This document shows, piece after piece, positions 9,313-19,054 of a stretch of 64,000 bases of DNA; the stretch's first letter is position 1, and the number at the start of each line of letters is the position of its first letter. The notes below the pieces were generated by a model. That model saw only the letters and a program-made list of their open reading frames with translations, searched no databases and was not told where the DNA came from. The stretch spans positions 3,542-67,541 of the forward strand of contig CAKZVD010000028.1 in NCBI GenBank assembly GCA_937922085.1. The letters are read 5' to 3'. The translations under genes and the position numbers were made by a program. Source of the DNA: an uncultured Tenacibaculum sp. (GTDB lineage: Bacteria; Bacteroidota; Bacteroidia; Flavobacteriales; Flavobacteriaceae).

Positions 9313-11547
9313 GTGAATCTAAAATATTACATATCAATATTTTTATTTTTAGCAGTGTTATTAAGCATCAACGCACAACAGCCAATGTTTGGTAATGAAG
9401 GAATGTTTGAAGTGGAAGTTAGAGTTGTCGATAAAAATAATAATGAATCTATAAAGAATGTTGAAATTAGTGTTAATGCTTATACTACAACAGATTCTGA
9501 TATATATGGAGTTTATAGAGTAAAAGCCAGAGTTAATGATGAGTTAATAGCTAGACATCCCGATTTTGAAACAGTTAGGTATACTATCAAATCAAATGAA
9601 GAAATAAAAATTGTAGTAGAAGGATTGCCAAGCGAAAAAAGGAGAAGCTTGTTTTCGTTTAAAACGAAAAAGAAAGATATTTATATACAGTTAGTAGATT
9701 CTGCAAATTTTTATAAAAAAAAGGATATAGATAAAAGTTTATGTTTTATAGAAGAGGCATTAGAAGAGAATCAAACTAAAAAACGAAATGCCAATACATA
9801 TAAAATTTTAGCAGATATTTATTTCTATTGGAAGCAATATGATATTGCAATAAGTAATTATCAAATTTCACTACAAATTTATGAAAAAGATGAAACGCTT
9901 TTGCAATTAGCAAAGACGCAATTTTTAGCTAAAAAATATGAAGAAAGTGAAGAGACATATAAAAAACTAAAAGGGAGAAATTTAAGTAATTACGATAAAA
10001 CAGAAGTATTACAAGGGTTAGGAGATGTGTTGCTTACTAAAAAAGAATTTAAAGAAGCTAAAAATAATTATGAAGAAGGATTAAAAATTGCTGAGAATAA
10101 ATCGTTAAATGAATTTATACCTGACTTAAATTCAAAAATAGCAAATGTATATGCTAAACAAGGAAACTTAAGAAAAGCGAATTCAGCTTATAGTAATACC
10201 TTAAAAATTGCTTCTGAAGACTCTGAAAGATCTTCTTTAGAAGTAAAACAAGAAGTAGCAGATTTTTTAAATGAAACAATGCAGTATGATGATGAAATTA
10301 AATTAAGGAAAGAGATTCTAAAAAAAGTAGATAGAAATAAAATTGTAAGAAGAAGGGAAGAGAAAAAAAATAAAGCATTAAAAAATGAGAAAAAAACAGA
10401 AGATAAAATAACGAAGAAAGATTCACTTACCTCACAAAAATTAAATTATAAAATAGGAAATGCTTACTTGTTAAAAGAAGAATATCCAGAAGCTATAGAA
10501 TATTTAGAGAAAAGTATAGAAGAAGCAGATGAAAATGAAGATCTTGAAGTACAAAAACACGCAACAAGAAAATTATCTGAAGTATATTCTACAGTAGGAG
10601 ATTATGTAAAGGCATTAAAAACGTATAAAGAATTTGCAGAAATTGTAGATACTTTATATATTAAAAAAGAACAAGAAATTTATCAAATAAAGAGGCTGAC
10701 AAAAAAGATAGCTGATAACCAAAGTAGGATTGCTATTTTAGAAAAAGATAAAGAACTTTCTGTTAGTAAAATTAATGTAGCTATTAAGGATAAAGAATTA
10801 ACGGTAGAGAAAAGTAAAAAACAACAAATAGCCATTTATTCACTTATTGGAGGTTTGTTTTTAATGAGTTTGTTAACTTTTTATAAACATAGAGCAAATC
10901 AAAAGCAACAACTAGCAAATAATTTATTAGCATTAAAATCGATGCGTTCTCAAATGAATCCACATTTTATTTTTAATGCGTTAAATTCTGTAAATAGTTA
11001 TATAGCTGTAAATGATGAACGTAATGCGAATAGGTATTTATCTGAATTTTCTGCGTTAATGCGTTCAGTTTTAGAAAATTCTGATGAAGATTTTATTCCA
11101 TTTTCAAAAGAAATAGAGTTGTTAGAATTGTACGTTAAATTAGAACACAATCGTTTTCAAGATAAATTCGGGTATGAAATTGATGTAGATAATACGATTA
11201 ATATAGATGAATATAGAATTCCGCCAATGTTATTACAACCTTATATAGAGAATGCTATTTGGCATGGCTTAAGATATAGAAAAGAGAAAGGACATTTAAA
11301 AATTTCGATTACTCAAAAGGAAGAAGATGCAATTTCGATTAGTATTCAAGATGATGGAATTGGTAGAAAAAGATCATTAGAAATGAAAACAAAAAACCAA
11401 TTAAAGCAAAAATCTAAAGGAATGAGTACTATTAAGAATAGAATTGCTATTTTAAATGATATGTATCAAGATAAAATAGCGGTGCAAATTTCAGATTTAA
11501 ATGAAGACGGAAGCGGAACAAAAGTAGAATTAACCTTAAAAAAATAA
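9313..11547 (+). CDS. TPR-repeat LytS/YehU-type sensor histidine kinase
   Basis: Signal peptide, TPRs, TM, SQMNPHFIFNALNS, IPPMLLQPYIENAIWHG, DDGIG. Confidence 0.9.
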   Translation: MNLKYYISIFLFLAVLLSINAQQPMFGNEGMFEVEVRVVDKNNNESIKNVEISVNAYTTTDSDIYGVYRVKARVNDELIARHPDFETVRYTIKSNEEIKIVVEGLPSEKRRSLFSFKTKKKDIYIQLVDSANFYKKKDIDKSLCFIEEALEENQTKKRNANTYKILADIYFYWKQYDIAISNYQISLQIYEKDETLLQLAKTQFLAKKYEESEETYKKLKGRNLSNYDKTEVLQGLGDVLLTKKEFKEAKNNYEEGLKIAENKSLNEFIPDLNSKIANVYAKQGNLRKANSAYSNTLKIASEDSERSSLEVKQEVADFLNETMQYDDEIKLRKEILKKVDRNKIVRRREEKKNKALKNEKKTEDKITKKDSLTSQKLNYKIGNAYLLKEEYPEAIEYLEKSIEEADENEDLEVQKHATRKLSEVYSTVGDYVKALKTYKEFAEIVDTLYIKKEQEIYQIKRLTKKIADNQSRIAILEKDKELSVSKINVAIKDKELTVEKSKKQQIAIYSLIGGLFLMSLLTFYKHRANQKQQLANNLLALKSMRSQMNPHFIFNALNSVNSYIAVNDERNANRYLSEFSALMRSVLENSDEDFIPFSKEIELLELYVKLEHNRFQDKFGYEIDVDNTINIDEYRIPPMLLQPYIENAIWHGLRYRKEKGHLKISITQKEEDAISISIQDDGIGRKRSLEMKTKNQLKQKSKGMSTIKNRIAILNDMYQDKIAVQISDLNEDGSGTKVELTLKK

Positions 11548-11550
11548 GCC

Positions 11551-12285
11551 ATGACAAAGTTGAGAACCATTATCGTTGAGGATGAAAAAATAAGTAGAGA
11601 TATTTTAAGAAACTATGTCGGTAAATATTGCCCTAATATAGAATTGTTAGGAGAAGCAAGCAATATTGAAGAAGCTCATGAGCTAATAAAAAAGCACGAT
11701 TTAGATTTAGTTTTTTTAGATGTAGAAATGCCTTTTGGAAATGCGTTTGATTTATTAGAAAAAATAGAAAATAAAACTTTTGAAACAATATTTGTAACCG
11801 CTTATGATCATTATGCAATAGAAGCACTAAATAATCAGGCAACTTATTATTTGCTAAAACCTATTTCTATAGATGAGTTAATAAAAGCGGTTAATTTGGT
11901 TTCAGAAATAAGAGAAAAAGAAAGTCAGTTACAAAACCAAGTACTAACTCCTAAAACTACTATAATTAAAGGGAAAATTACGATACCATTACAAGATGGC
12001 TTTGAAGTGGTAAACGTAGAAGAAATTGTTTTTTGTAAAGCGGACGATAACTATACCGAAATTCACTTTTCAAATTCTAAAAAAATAGTAAGTAAAACAC
12101 TAAAACACTTTGAAGAAGTTTTAAAAGAATATCCGTTTGCGCGAATACATAAATCTTATTTAGTTAATATTAATGAAATAACGAAGTATAAAAAAGGAAA
12201 AGGTGGAAGTGTTGAGTTAACAAATGGAAAAGAAATTTTAGTTTCTGCATCCAAGAAAGGAAATTTATTAGCTTATTTTAAATAA
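11551..12285 (+). CDS. LytTR-family response regulator
   Basis: Receiver domain (VEDE, FLDVEMP, LLKP) plus LytTR domain (RIHKSYLVN). Confidence 0.95.
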   Translation: MTKLRTIIVEDEKISRDILRNYVGKYCPNIELLGEASNIEEAHELIKKHDLDLVFLDVEMPFGNAFDLLEKIENKTFETIFVTAYDHYAIEALNNQATYYLLKPISIDELIKAVNLVSEIREKESQLQNQVLTPKTTIIKGKITIPLQDGFEVVNVEEIVFCKADDNYTEIHFSNSKKIVSKTLKHFEEVLKEYPFARIHKSYLVNINEITKYKKGKGGSVELTNGKEILVSASKKGNLLAYFK

Positions 12286-12305
12286 TTTTTCTTTAAAAAG
12301 AATGA

Positions 12306-12758
12306 ATGAAAAAAATCGTATCACTTTTCTTATTTATGTCATTAGCTTGCCAATCACAAAAAATAGATTCTCTAAAAGTTTTAACTAAAAATGATTGGAG
12401 AACTTTATACTGGTTTGAAAGAGATACAGTGCATTTATATAAAAGAGAGAAAACAAAAACGAATTTTGTAGGATTGAATGAAAGACAAATTCTTAAGAGA
12501 AAGAAAAAGGATTTATATGGAGAACGAATTAGTTTTAAAGAAAATGGAGATATAATTTATACAAATCATTTGTTTTGTCCAGTAGGAGAATCTTTAAAGA
12601 AAATTTATAGAATTGATTTTAAAAAGGGCAAATTAATAGTTGATTTTGAAACAAAAAAGTGGCCTTGGAAAGAGAATAAAGCTAAAAGAGAGAAAAAAGA
12701 ATTTATAATTCTTGAATGGGATATAAAGAGAATTGTGTTAAAAACGAATCATAAATAA
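12306..12758 (+). CDS. Hypothetical exported protein
   Basis: 150 aa ORF with signal peptide / SLAC. Confidence 0.6.
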   Translation: MKKIVSLFLFMSLACQSQKIDSLKVLTKNDWRTLYWFERDTVHLYKREKTKTNFVGLNERQILKRKKKDLYGERISFKENGDIIYTNHLFCPVGESLKKIYRIDFKKGKLIVDFETKKWPWKENKAKREKKEFIILEWDIKRIVLKTNHK

Positions 12759-12885
12759 AATTAAAGTCTCTTAAATTTTCTTCAAGTTCATTTATTATTT
12801 CATTTAAATACTTTGATCTTTAACTTTTTTTATAAGTAACAAAAACATAAAAAACTTTACCTTGTATTAATCTAACTTAAGTTTT

Positions 12886-14256
12886 ATGATTAATAAAATA
12901 AAAAGTTCTAGACTAAAATGGTTCTTTTGGATTTATAGCAGCACCATTTTTATTCTATTGATATTAGTGTTTCTATTAATATTACATAAAAACAGCTATA
13001 GAATAGGCGGGGTATTTTCTACTTTCAGAGGTTTAGTAAATAATGTGTTAACCAGTTTTTTATTTTATACTATAGCAATGATTCCGTACCTTTTTTTTGT
13101 TTTGATAAAAAGTAATGTTAATGATTACAAGCAAAATAAAATTAAAGGTTTATTAAAAGGAATTTTTTTAAAACTGGTTACTCCAGTTACAATTCTTTTT
13201 ATAGGAAATAAAATACTACAAAGTTATCGATTATCTGAAATGCTGACTTACACTTGGGATAGCACAGTGGAAAACAATTCAAATAAAATAAATAATTATT
13301 ATAATATAGATAATAAACAAAGAGGCATTCATGTATTCAATATAAGCAGGGATATAGAAGATATAGAGGAATTAAAAACTAATAATTTTGAATGGATTAC
13401 GCTTACACCATTTATAAGTCAAGGTAATTATAATGAACCAGCATTAAGATTGATTTCCAATGAAAACTTTAAGAATAGATTAAAAAAATATAAGGTTATA
13501 AAAGAAGAATGCAATAAATTTGGAATAAAAATAATGCTAAAACCTCATATTTGGTTGTCTAAAACCGAGAACGGTAAGTGGAGATCTGATATTAAAATGA
13601 AAACAGAGAAGGATTGGGATAATTGGTTTAAAAATTATAGTCAAGTTATGTTGAAATATGCTGAACTAGCAGAAATACTTCAATTAGAGCAGTTTTGCAT
13701 AGGTACAGAATTAGAAACTACAGTTTATGAAAAGCCAGAGCAATGGAAAACATTAATACAAAAAGTTAAAGCAATTTATAAAGGGAAATTAACCTATGCA
13801 GCTAATTGGAATAAAGAGTTTGAAGTAGTTCCTTTTTGGAATGAGTTAGATTATATAGGCGTTCAGGCTTATTTTCCATTAAGTGAAACAGATAATCCAA
13901 CACTTATAGAATTAGAAAGAAATTGGAAAAAACATACAGAAAAAATAGAATTAGTTAGCACAAAATTTAATAAACCTGTACTTTTTACAGAAATAGGGTA
14001 CAAATCTATTCAAGGCACTTCAAAAAAACCATGGGAATGGAACGGGATAAAAAATGTGTATTCAAAAATTTCTAAAAAAGAACAATTGTTATGTTATCAA
14101 GCTTTTTTTAATACAATATGGAAAAAAACTTGGTTTCATGGTATTCATATTTGGGAATGGCAAGCTCAAGGAACATCTGATGGTAATAATGCCAATTTTA
14201 CTATTGAGGGTAAACCATCTCTTAACTTGATTGCAAAATACTTTAAAATTAATTAA
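12886..14256 (+). CDS. Membrane-anchored glycoside hydrolase (GH113-like)
   Basis: Three N-terminal TM helices; MLKPHIW, IGTEL, TYAANW, AYFPL, FTEIGY. Confidence 0.75.
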   Translation: MINKIKSSRLKWFFWIYSSTIFILLILVFLLILHKNSYRIGGVFSTFRGLVNNVLTSFLFYTIAMIPYLFFVLIKSNVNDYKQNKIKGLLKGIFLKLVTPVTILFIGNKILQSYRLSEMLTYTWDSTVENNSNKINNYYNIDNKQRGIHVFNISRDIEDIEELKTNNFEWITLTPFISQGNYNEPALRLISNENFKNRLKKYKVIKEECNKFGIKIMLKPHIWLSKTENGKWRSDIKMKTEKDWDNWFKNYSQVMLKYAELAEILQLEQFCIGTELETTVYEKPEQWKTLIQKVKAIYKGKLTYAANWNKEFEVVPFWNELDYIGVQAYFPLSETDNPTLIELERNWKKHTEKIELVSTKFNKPVLFTEIGYKSIQGTSKKPWEWNGIKNVYSKISKKEQLLCYQAFFNTIWKKTWFHGIHIWEWQAQGTSDGNNANFTIEGKPSLNLIAKYFKIN

Positions 14257-14282
14257 CAATATTTAAAAATTAGAATTATATA

Positions 14283-14798
14283 ATGCCAATAATAAAACAA
14301 GTAAGAGGAAAAGAACCTCAAATACCAGAAGACTGTTACGTTGCTGAAAATGCAACTATAGTAGGAGATGTAGTTTTAGGAGAACAGTGTAGTGTTTGGT
14401 TTAATGCAGTAATACGTGGAGATGTACACTATATTAAAATAGGAAATAAAGTAAATATTCAAGACGGAGCAGTAATACATGCAACTTATCAAAAATCACC
14501 AACTACAATAGGTAATAATGTGTCTATTGGGCACAATGCTATTGTACATGGTTGTACAATTCATGATAATGTATTAGTAGGTATGGGAAGTATTATTATG
14601 GATGATTGTATTATAGAAAGTAATACTATTATAGCAGCAGGAGCAGTTGTAACTAAAAATACACACGTAAAAAGTGGGAGTATTTATGCAGGAGTACCCG
14701 CAAAAAAAGTTAAAGATATTTCACCTGAATTAACCTCAGGAGAAGTAGATAGAATTGCGGATAATTATGTTAAATATTCTAGTTGGTTTAAAGAGTAA
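14283..14798 (+). CDS. Gamma carbonic anhydrase family (hexapeptide repeat)
   Basis: WFNAVIRGD, NIQDG..IH, GHNAIVHGC. Confidence 0.9.
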   Translation: MPIIKQVRGKEPQIPEDCYVAENATIVGDVVLGEQCSVWFNAVIRGDVHYIKIGNKVNIQDGAVIHATYQKSPTTIGNNVSIGHNAIVHGCTIHDNVLVGMGSIIMDDCIIESNTIIAAGAVVTKNTHVKSGSIYAGVPAKKVKDISPELTSGEVDRIADNYVKYSSWFKE

Positions 14799-14869
14799 TT
14801 TTACTTTTAATTATTATATTTTTCCTTAACTTCATTGCTTATAAATTAATAACTATTTAAAAAGATAAA

Positions 14870-15754
14870 ATGGGGATTTTAAAAAAGCTATTTGGAAGAA
14901 AAAAAGCGACAGAAAAAATAGTAGAAAAAAGAGAAGGACAACCAGATGTACATTATATAGCGGATGAAGATGAAAGAATGAATTGGGCTATGGAAAAAGC
15001 AAAATTAACATTTGGTTACTTTAAAGAATGTGTACAAAATCCTAAAGAAAATCAAGCTTATTTTTCTGTAAAAGCAAGAATAGATGATAATGGTATTATA
15101 GAGCATATTTGGTTAGGAGAGCCAAGTTTTGATTCAGACGGAAATATTTATGGAATAGTTGGTAATTTACCTACAAATGTTACGAATGTAACTTTAAATG
15201 AAAAAATAGGAATTAGTGAAGGAGAAGTTTCTGACTGGATGATTATTGATAGTGCAAGATTAATAGGAGGATATACTATAAGAGCTATTAGAGATGGCAT
15301 GCAAGGAAAGGAGTTAGATAATTTTGATAATAGTTTAGGAATGATCATAGATGAAGGAGAAGATTATTTTGAACTTAATTATGACACCCCAGAAGGAGCA
15401 TTGTTATCATTAGAAGAAGCATACACTAATAATGATTTAGAGAAAGCTATTGAGAGTAAAAATTTTTTTAAAGAAGCTGAATTAATGCTAGCAAATATGT
15501 CTAAAGTTACAATGGACTCTGAAATTTTAGATAAAACAGCTGAGGTTTTAAAATTATCATTTGTACAGCACATGCAAGAGAATGGAATGCCTAATTTTGT
15601 TGGAGTAAAAAGAGCTTTTTTAAGAGAGTTTAAATCTGAAGACCTTTGTTTATTAACTGAAATATGTACTTTTCCTGATGGCTCAAAAACAGTTGATAAA
15701 GTAAATATTTATAAGTCAAACGATCAATGGAAAGTACTAAACGGAGAAAGTTAG
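14870..15754 (+). CDS. DUF2314/YegJ-domain protein
   Basis: EHIW, SDWM, GGYTIR motifs. Confidence 0.75.
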   Translation: MGILKKLFGRKKATEKIVEKREGQPDVHYIADEDERMNWAMEKAKLTFGYFKECVQNPKENQAYFSVKARIDDNGIIEHIWLGEPSFDSDGNIYGIVGNLPTNVTNVTLNEKIGISEGEVSDWMIIDSARLIGGYTIRAIRDGMQGKELDNFDNSLGMIIDEGEDYFELNYDTPEGALLSLEEAYTNNDLEKAIESKNFFKEAELMLANMSKVTMDSEILDKTAEVLKLSFVQHMQENGMPNFVGVKRAFLREFKSEDLCLLTEICTFPDGSKTVDKVNIYKSNDQWKVLNGES

Positions 15755-15782
15755 AAAAAAGATTATTTTTTGAGTAAAACAA

Positions 15783-15814
15783 AACCCCAATTCTTTATTT
15801 AAAGAATTGGGGTT
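15783..15814. terminator. Bidirectional hairpin between convergent genes
   Basis: aaccccaattcttt-attt-aaagaattggggtt. Confidence 0.7.
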
Positions 15815-15841
15815 ACTAATAAAAAACTAATTACTAAACTA

Positions 15842-16273
15842 CTATCCTCTACTATGAGAATTTTTATTCTTTTTATGTTTTCTTTTCCTCTTAGCCATAT
15901 GCTTTTTCTTTTTAAGTAACATTTTTTCAAAACGTTCATATTGCTTGTCATTTAAAATATCTTTCATCTGACCTTTTAAAGCAATTTGACTATCTAAACG
16001 TTGCATTTTTTTAGCATAACGTTCTTCAGAAGATAATTTTTTACGATCTTCTTTACGTTGTGTACGATTATCATTAAATTTAGAATGCTTCTCAGCTAAT
16101 AATGGACGAATTTTATTTTGCTGACGTTCTGTTAAATCTAAACGGAGTGTCATTTTCTTTAAAGAAAGTTCAGTTTTTTGAGCAACTGTTAAATTATTCC
16201 CTTTTTTTCTTTTCTGTGCATTACTAGTTAAGATTAAACCTAGAACGAGTATAATTGAAAATGCTTTTTTCAT
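15842..16273 (-). CDS. Basic secreted helical protein (Spy/CpxP-like)
   Basis: Signal peptide; LDLTERQQ and ILNDKQY (LTxxQ-like) motifs. Confidence 0.6.
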   Translation of the reverse strand: MKKAFSIILVLGLILTSNAQKRKKGNNLTVAQKTELSLKKMTLRLDLTERQQNKIRPLLAEKHSKFNDNRTQRKEDRKKLSSEERYAKKMQRLDSQIALKGQMKDILNDKQYERFEKMLLKKKKHMAKRKRKHKKNKNSHSRG

Positions 16274-16386
16274 ATTTTTTATCTTTTAAAATTATACTTC
16301 TAGGACTGATAAAAAATGAAAAGGTTTAATTTTGTGAAGAAAATATTTTTTTTTAGATATAATATTATTAAAATAAACAGATTCAA

Positions 16387-17364
16387 ATGAAATACTTTTT
16401 TGCACTTACTTTAAAAACAGTACTAGTATTATTAATTATACTAATTGCTTTTTTTTTATGGGCTTCTTCTGCAAATTTAAATGAAGAAAAGTATACTAAG
16501 CTAATAGTGAATAAGCATAAAAGTAATATTGATAATGATTCTATTTATAGTATTATAACTTACAACATAGGTTATTTAAGTGGTATGACTAATAATAAAA
16601 CAGTAGAGAAACCCAAAACGTTATTTGTAAGTAATTTAAAAAAGGTTATTGATCGGGTTAAAAATAGCAATCCAGATATTTTTGCTTTACAAGAGATAGA
16701 TTATAATGCTTCTAGATCATATGGAGTAAATCAAGAAGAAGCATTAGCTAATTTAGGATATAATTATGTAGCAAGAGGTATAAATTGGGATAAACGCTAT
16801 TTACCATTTCCTTATTGGCCACCTAATAGACATTTTGGAAAAGTAATTTCAGGACAATCTATTCTTAGTAAATATAAAATGAAAGAATATAAAAGAGTTG
16901 TTTTAGAAAGAGTAGAAGAGAGTCCATTTTTTAGAGATGCATTTTATTTAGATAGATTATTACAAATTGTAAAAGTAGAAATAGAAGGTAAAGAAATTGT
17001 CTTAATGAATGTACATTTAGAAGCATTTGATAAAAACACAAGAACAAAACAGTTAAAGAAAGTGGGGCATTTATTTCAAGAATATGCAAAATCAAATCCT
17101 ACAATTTTACTAGGAGATTTTAATAGTGATCCAAAATTTAAAGATGCTGCAATTAAAACGATTTTTAATTTATCGAATATCGGGAGTGCTGCTTTTTTAG
17201 TTGAAAATTATGAAAATACTTTTGATTCAGAAAAACCAAATAAACGTTTGGATTATATTTTTTACACAAAAAAAACAATTGAATATATAGAAGGAAAAGT
17301 ATTGAATGAATTTGGCCAAATATCTGATCATTTGCCAGTTGAAATGAAGTTTAAATTAAGGTAA
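16387..17364 (+). CDS. Endonuclease/exonuclease/phosphatase family protein
   Basis: TYNIG, LQEID, GDFNS, LDYIF, SDHLPV. Confidence 0.9.
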   Translation: MKYFFALTLKTVLVLLIILIAFFLWASSANLNEEKYTKLIVNKHKSNIDNDSIYSIITYNIGYLSGMTNNKTVEKPKTLFVSNLKKVIDRVKNSNPDIFALQEIDYNASRSYGVNQEEALANLGYNYVARGINWDKRYLPFPYWPPNRHFGKVISGQSILSKYKMKEYKRVVLERVEESPFFRDAFYLDRLLQIVKVEIEGKEIVLMNVHLEAFDKNTRTKQLKKVGHLFQEYAKSNPTILLGDFNSDPKFKDAAIKTIFNLSNIGSAAFLVENYENTFDSEKPNKRLDYIFYTKKTIEYIEGKVLNEFGQISDHLPVEMKFKLR

Positions 17365-17472
17365 TAACGAGTAACAAAATATTTATTTTCAAAAAAAAGC
17401 AAAAAAAATTAGGATATTCAATTTTTAAAATTGAATATTTGTACTCACGAAGTTCAATAACTTATTGATTAT

Positions 17473-17605
17473 GTTATCAAGAAAGGTGGAGGGATTAGAC
17501 CCTGTGAAGCCTTAGCAACCCTTTGTTCTATACAAAGAAGGTGCTAAATTCTACCAAAACATTATTTCAAAAACATTTTGAAATAATAAAAAAAGGATAG
17601 ATAAC
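17473..17605 (+). ncRNA. SAM-I type riboswitch upstream of metY
   Basis: gttatcaagaaaggtggagggattagaccctgtgaagccttagcaacc...aggtgctaaattc...gataac; P1 gttatc/gataac; lies before Met genes. Confidence 0.9.
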
Positions 17606-17732
17606 CCAGAAAAGTTTTAAAATCATACTTAAAAACTTTTTTAAATTCTTAATAACATTTTTCTAGTAAGCTACATCTAAGTAGGTGTGTTTTGACTTTT
17701 GGTTTAATTTATTTTTAACTAAAAACAGAAAA

Positions 17733-19025
17733 ATGAGTACACAAAAATTTGCCACAAATGCATTGCATGCAGGACATAATGTAAAAGAAAATGGAGGAAC
17801 AAGAGCGGTCCCTATTTATCAAACAACATCATACGTTTTTAATGATTCTGATCATGCAGCAAATCTTTTTTCATTAAAGGAATTAGGTTTTATTTATACT
17901 AGATTAAATAATCCTACAAATCAAATTCTTCAAGAGCGTTTAGCTGCTTTAGAAGGAGGAATTGGAGCAGTAGTATTTGCTTCAGGAACCGCAGCAATTT
18001 CAACCGGATTATTAACCTTACTAAAATCAGGAGATCATATTGTAGCTTCAAGTAGCTTATATGGCGGAACATATAATTTATTAAATGTTACTTTACCAAG
18101 GTTGGGTATTACAACGACATTTGTTGATGCATCTAACCCAGAAAGTTTTGCTAATGCTGTACAAGAAAACACAAGAGCATTTTTTGTAGAATCTTTAGGA
18201 AATCCAAAACTAGATGTACTAGATTTAGAAGAGATTTCAAAACATGCAAAGGAAGCAAAAGTTCCTTTTATTGTAGATAACACAGTTGCTACTCCTGCCT
18301 TGTTAAACCCGATTAAATATGGAGCTAATATTGTAATTCATTCATTAACAAAATATATTGGCGGACAAGGTAACTCTTTAGGAGGAGCAATTATTGATGC
18401 TGGAACCTTTGATTGGTCTAACGGAAAGTTTCCTGAATTCACAGAACCTTCGGCAGGTTATCATGGTTTAGTATATCATGAAGCATTAGGTGCTGCATCT
18501 TATACTTTTAAATTAATTTTAGAAGGATTAAGAGATTTTGGAGGTGCTTTAAGTCCTACAAATGCATTTAATATCATTCAAGGTTTAGAAACTTTAGAAG
18601 TGCGAATTAAAAAGCATAGTGAAAATGCCTTAGAATTAGCAAAGTGGTTAGAAGAAAGAGAAGAGGTTCTTTGGGTAAATTATCCAGGATTAAAAAGTAG
18701 TAAATACAATAATAAAGCAAAAAAATATTTACCTAAAGGACAAAGTGGTATTGTAACATTTGGTGTAAAAGGAGGATATGAAGCTGCAAAATCAATAGCA
18801 GATACCACTAAATTGTTTTCACTGTTAGCAAATATAGGGGACACAAAATCTTTAATAATTCACCCGGCAAGTACAACACATCAACAATTACGCGATGAAG
18901 AACAAATTAGTGCTGGGGTAACAAATGATTTAATTCGATTGTCTGTAGGGTTAGAAAATATAGAAGATTTAAAACAAGATTTGAAAGAAGCTTTTATTAA
19001 AATAACTAAAGAAGTTCTAGTATAA
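17733..19025 (+). CDS. metY: O-acetylhomoserine sulfhydrylase
   Basis: AVPIYQTTSY, YTRLNNPT, HSLTKYIGG, ANIGDTKSLIIHPASTTH. Confidence 0.9.
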   Translation: MSTQKFATNALHAGHNVKENGGTRAVPIYQTTSYVFNDSDHAANLFSLKELGFIYTRLNNPTNQILQERLAALEGGIGAVVFASGTAAISTGLLTLLKSGDHIVASSSLYGGTYNLLNVTLPRLGITTTFVDASNPESFANAVQENTRAFFVESLGNPKLDVLDLEEISKHAKEAKVPFIVDNTVATPALLNPIKYGANIVIHSLTKYIGGQGNSLGGAIIDAGTFDWSNGKFPEFTEPSAGYHGLVYHEALGAASYTFKLILEGLRDFGGALSPTNAFNIIQGLETLEVRIKKHSENALELAKWLEEREEVLWVNYPGLKSSKYNNKAKKYLPKGQSGIVTFGVKGGYEAAKSIADTTKLFSLLANIGDTKSLIIHPASTTHQQLRDEEQISAGVTNDLIRLSVGLENIEDLKQDLKEAFIKITKEVLV

Positions 19026-19054
19026 AAAATAATGTGATTTAACTCATAGGTATT

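Noticed and set aside
12290-12800. Solo cassette around the 150-aa ORF
   Set aside because: No matching GTT/AAC complementary boundaries found.
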